Shown here: piece by piece, positions 61,792-64,000 of the stretch
Layout of the letters: each line of letters starts with the position of its first letter
Position numbering within the stretch: the first letter of the stretch is position 1
Assembly: GCA_052327205.1 (NCBI GenBank)
Contig: CM126222.1
Coordinates: 63,302,001 to 63,366,000 of the forward strand
Source: Somniosus microcephalus
Taxonomy: Eukaryota
Direction of reading: 5' to 3'
Length of the DNA: 64,000 bases
The notes under the pieces: generated by a model
Told to the model about the DNA's origin: nothing
The model's database searches: none
Seen by the model: only the letters and a program-made list of their open reading frames with translations
Made by a program: the position numbers and the translations under genes

Positions 61792-64000
61792 GGGCTGGAT
61801 TTTAACTTGATGATGCGCTGGGAATGTGGGGGTGGGGGGGGGGGGGGGGCGGGGAGGGATCCGGTAGCACGTGGGAAACCCAGAAGTAAATGCAACGCGT
61901 CTGTCAATGGCATTTTAACCCAGCCACTGCATTACCATATTATTTCTGGGTTTCCCAACCATTTAGGTTGAGCAGGCTTGATGACAACTCGCATGAGTCG
62001 ATTTCAACAACAGTATTTAAAGGGACATTCCAAACGTTAAATTTGATGGATTCTGGAGTTGGGAGTAGAACACAACGAATTGACAGAATGGAGTGCACAC
62101 ATTCAAAGGCTGCACCTCGTTTTAATGATGCCTCCCTGGACCTGATGCTGGGGGCTATAAGGGCCTGCAGGGACATACTGTTCCCTACTGACGGGAGGAA
62201 GAAGCCTGCCAATTAAACCAAGAAGGCGTGGCTGGAGGAGCGGAGGAGGTCAGCAGCAGGAGTGTGGTGCCATGTTCTTGGATTCAATGCCGAAAGCAGT
62301 TTACTGGCTTAAGCAGGGCAGCAAAGGTGAGTACAGTGGCACATTCAACTACATCCTGATGTGTGTATCTCACCAACCCCCTCACTCTGCCTTTTCAAGC
62401 CTACTCCAGCACATCACTCCTCACAGGTGCACCCATCCCTCACTGTCTATGCACTTCCTCACATCTCCATCTGTCTATCCACCACTAACACTCACCTTCA
62501 TCTTTATGCAATATCATGCCTCGCCCTCATAGTCACCCTCAACAAATGCTCTCCATCCATCCATTCAACACGTGCCATTACTCTCACTCGGAGGTCTCTT
62601 CTTTCCCTCCTTGCAGGAGAAGAGAGCATAGAACACGAGGGAGAGGCAGCGAACCAGAGGTGGCCCTCCAGCCATCTCACAACTGACAGCTGCAGAAGAG
62701 GAGGCGCTGGACATCAGTGGAGTCTCGGTGTGCTTGGCCGTCGGAGATGGGGGCCTCCCAGCTACCTGGTGACATAATTAAATACACGTGGCATACAACA
62801 CTCAGTCATATTGACTTGATGTCAGCAGCGAATTGAAATATGATCATGTGCATAATGATCACTTAAAACATTCATACCTTGACAGTTCTAATTAATATCT
62901 TTATTCTACACAAGGCCTTCAAGCGTCCCACAGGAGGTGGTACAGGAGGATGACGACGACGACTCCCCAGAGGGAGGTCACTCACTCTGAGGCTGCACCG
63001 TCACAGGACTCATGCAGACCATGCACCAGCTCAGATAGTCACACTTAGGTGGGATCAGTAAGGAAGACAGTTGGGTTTTCACCTGGTGACTCGCACATCA
63101 CAAGTGAGCAAGAGCAGATGGTGGAGACAAGGACAGTAGTGGAGAGTCTGCATCGGAGGCCACAGGACGCTCCAAGCTCTGCTCAGCTGGACACAAATGC
63201 TGAACCTCGGGGGCCATCGACAAAGAGGATACTTTTGGAGCAGCAGCAAAGAATGTGCGATGTACTGGCAGGCTTACCAGCTGCACTGTGCACGCTTACA
63301 GAGAGATTGGAGGAGTCCATCTCAAGCATGAGTGGCATGATGTCGCAGGCCTTTATGATGATGTCTTCGTCCATGAAAAGAGTGGCCACTTGCATGGAGC
63401 ATCAAATGCGGCAATCAAACGAGTGCATGCAGGCCCTCACCAATGGCTTGCATGCAATGAATGCCACCTCAAATAGGATTCAAGAAACCCTAGCCTTGAC
63501 TGTTCATTGCCCTATTGATCTGCAGCAATGTACTCTCCAGCTCATTGCTAGCAGGAAAATGCGGGTGGGCCATGAGAAGGATGATGGTGAAAGGCAACAT
63601 GGAAGTGGGGACTTGGCTCGAAGCGCTTCCACTACTCACCCATTGACCCCCCCCCCCAACCCCAATCAGTGCCCCACATTCTGTCTTGTGGCCTGATGGC
63701 TGAGTCTACCCCTGCACAGGTGCAGGTGGAACAGTCTTTGGCAGGATCCTCACTGGCTCCAAAACCCAGAGGATGTCCGCCAAAAGTGTCTAACCAGTCA
63801 CAGCAGGGGACTGAGCATGCCTCTACCTCTGCTGAAGCCACAGGGGTTGCACCACGTAGAAGTGCTAGGAAGAGGAAGAGTAAAGATTTGTAGTTGCACA
63901 AGAGTATGCACATGGGTATGTTACACAATGTTAGATTGGTAAGTTTCTGTTTTATTTTAGAGCCACATAAATATTATTTGTTTCCACCACTTTCCTGTAT
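61792..64000 (+). mobile_element. Harbinger element D with three-exon Myb/SANT pseudogene (~62088-62326, 62617-~62768, ~62915-63893); runs past the window end
   Basis: TIR GGGCTGGATTTTAAC; peptide APRFNDASLDLML...WIQCRKQF..AAK|gtgagt; exon 2 EKRA*NTRERQRTRGG; C-terminus RRSARKRK. Confidence 0.85.

Noticed and set aside
46258-64000. Further DNAH17 exons
   Set aside because: No segment resembling the expected next peptide (W-P-x-V-V-S-x-D...GKTLLP) was found by eye; it is presumably beyond the window.
1-64000. CRISPR arrays, prokaryotic operons, rRNA
   Set aside because: The sequence is intron-containing vertebrate DNA; no regularly spaced repeat-spacer array or rRNA-like sequence was seen.

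Overview
Eukaryotic genomic DNA, very probably from a cartilaginous fish (inferred from an HE1-type V-SINE and the shark-like CR1, L2, RTE and Penelope families). Host genes, both on +: the last three coding exons and 3'UTR of CYTH1 (255-326, 2697-2851, 13329-13407) and the first coding exon of DNAH17 (45892-46257), the same neighbourhood as in human. Most of the rest is nested transposable elements: about ten CR1 LINE copies or fragments (one full length with a TSD, one with an uninterrupted 915-codon ORF2), a second LINE family with a tRNA-like head, L2, RTE, Penelope with a hammerhead motif, three pogo/Tigger-like MITEs, a non-autonomous Helitron with GC-rich promoter-like cargo, an H2B pseudogene, and a dense set of PIF/Harbinger elements. 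The most notable signal is Harbinger behaviour. Two different Harbinger elements sit at the same nucleotide of two separate CR1 copies, one Harbinger is nested in another's Myb gene at a CAC-CAG-GTG target, several insertion sites share an AC-NNN-GT palindrome, and the larger copies keep the spliced Myb/SANT gene while the transposase is deleted. Nearly all ORFs in the supplied track are TE fragments or antisense noise. Family names come from recognition by eye, not database searches.
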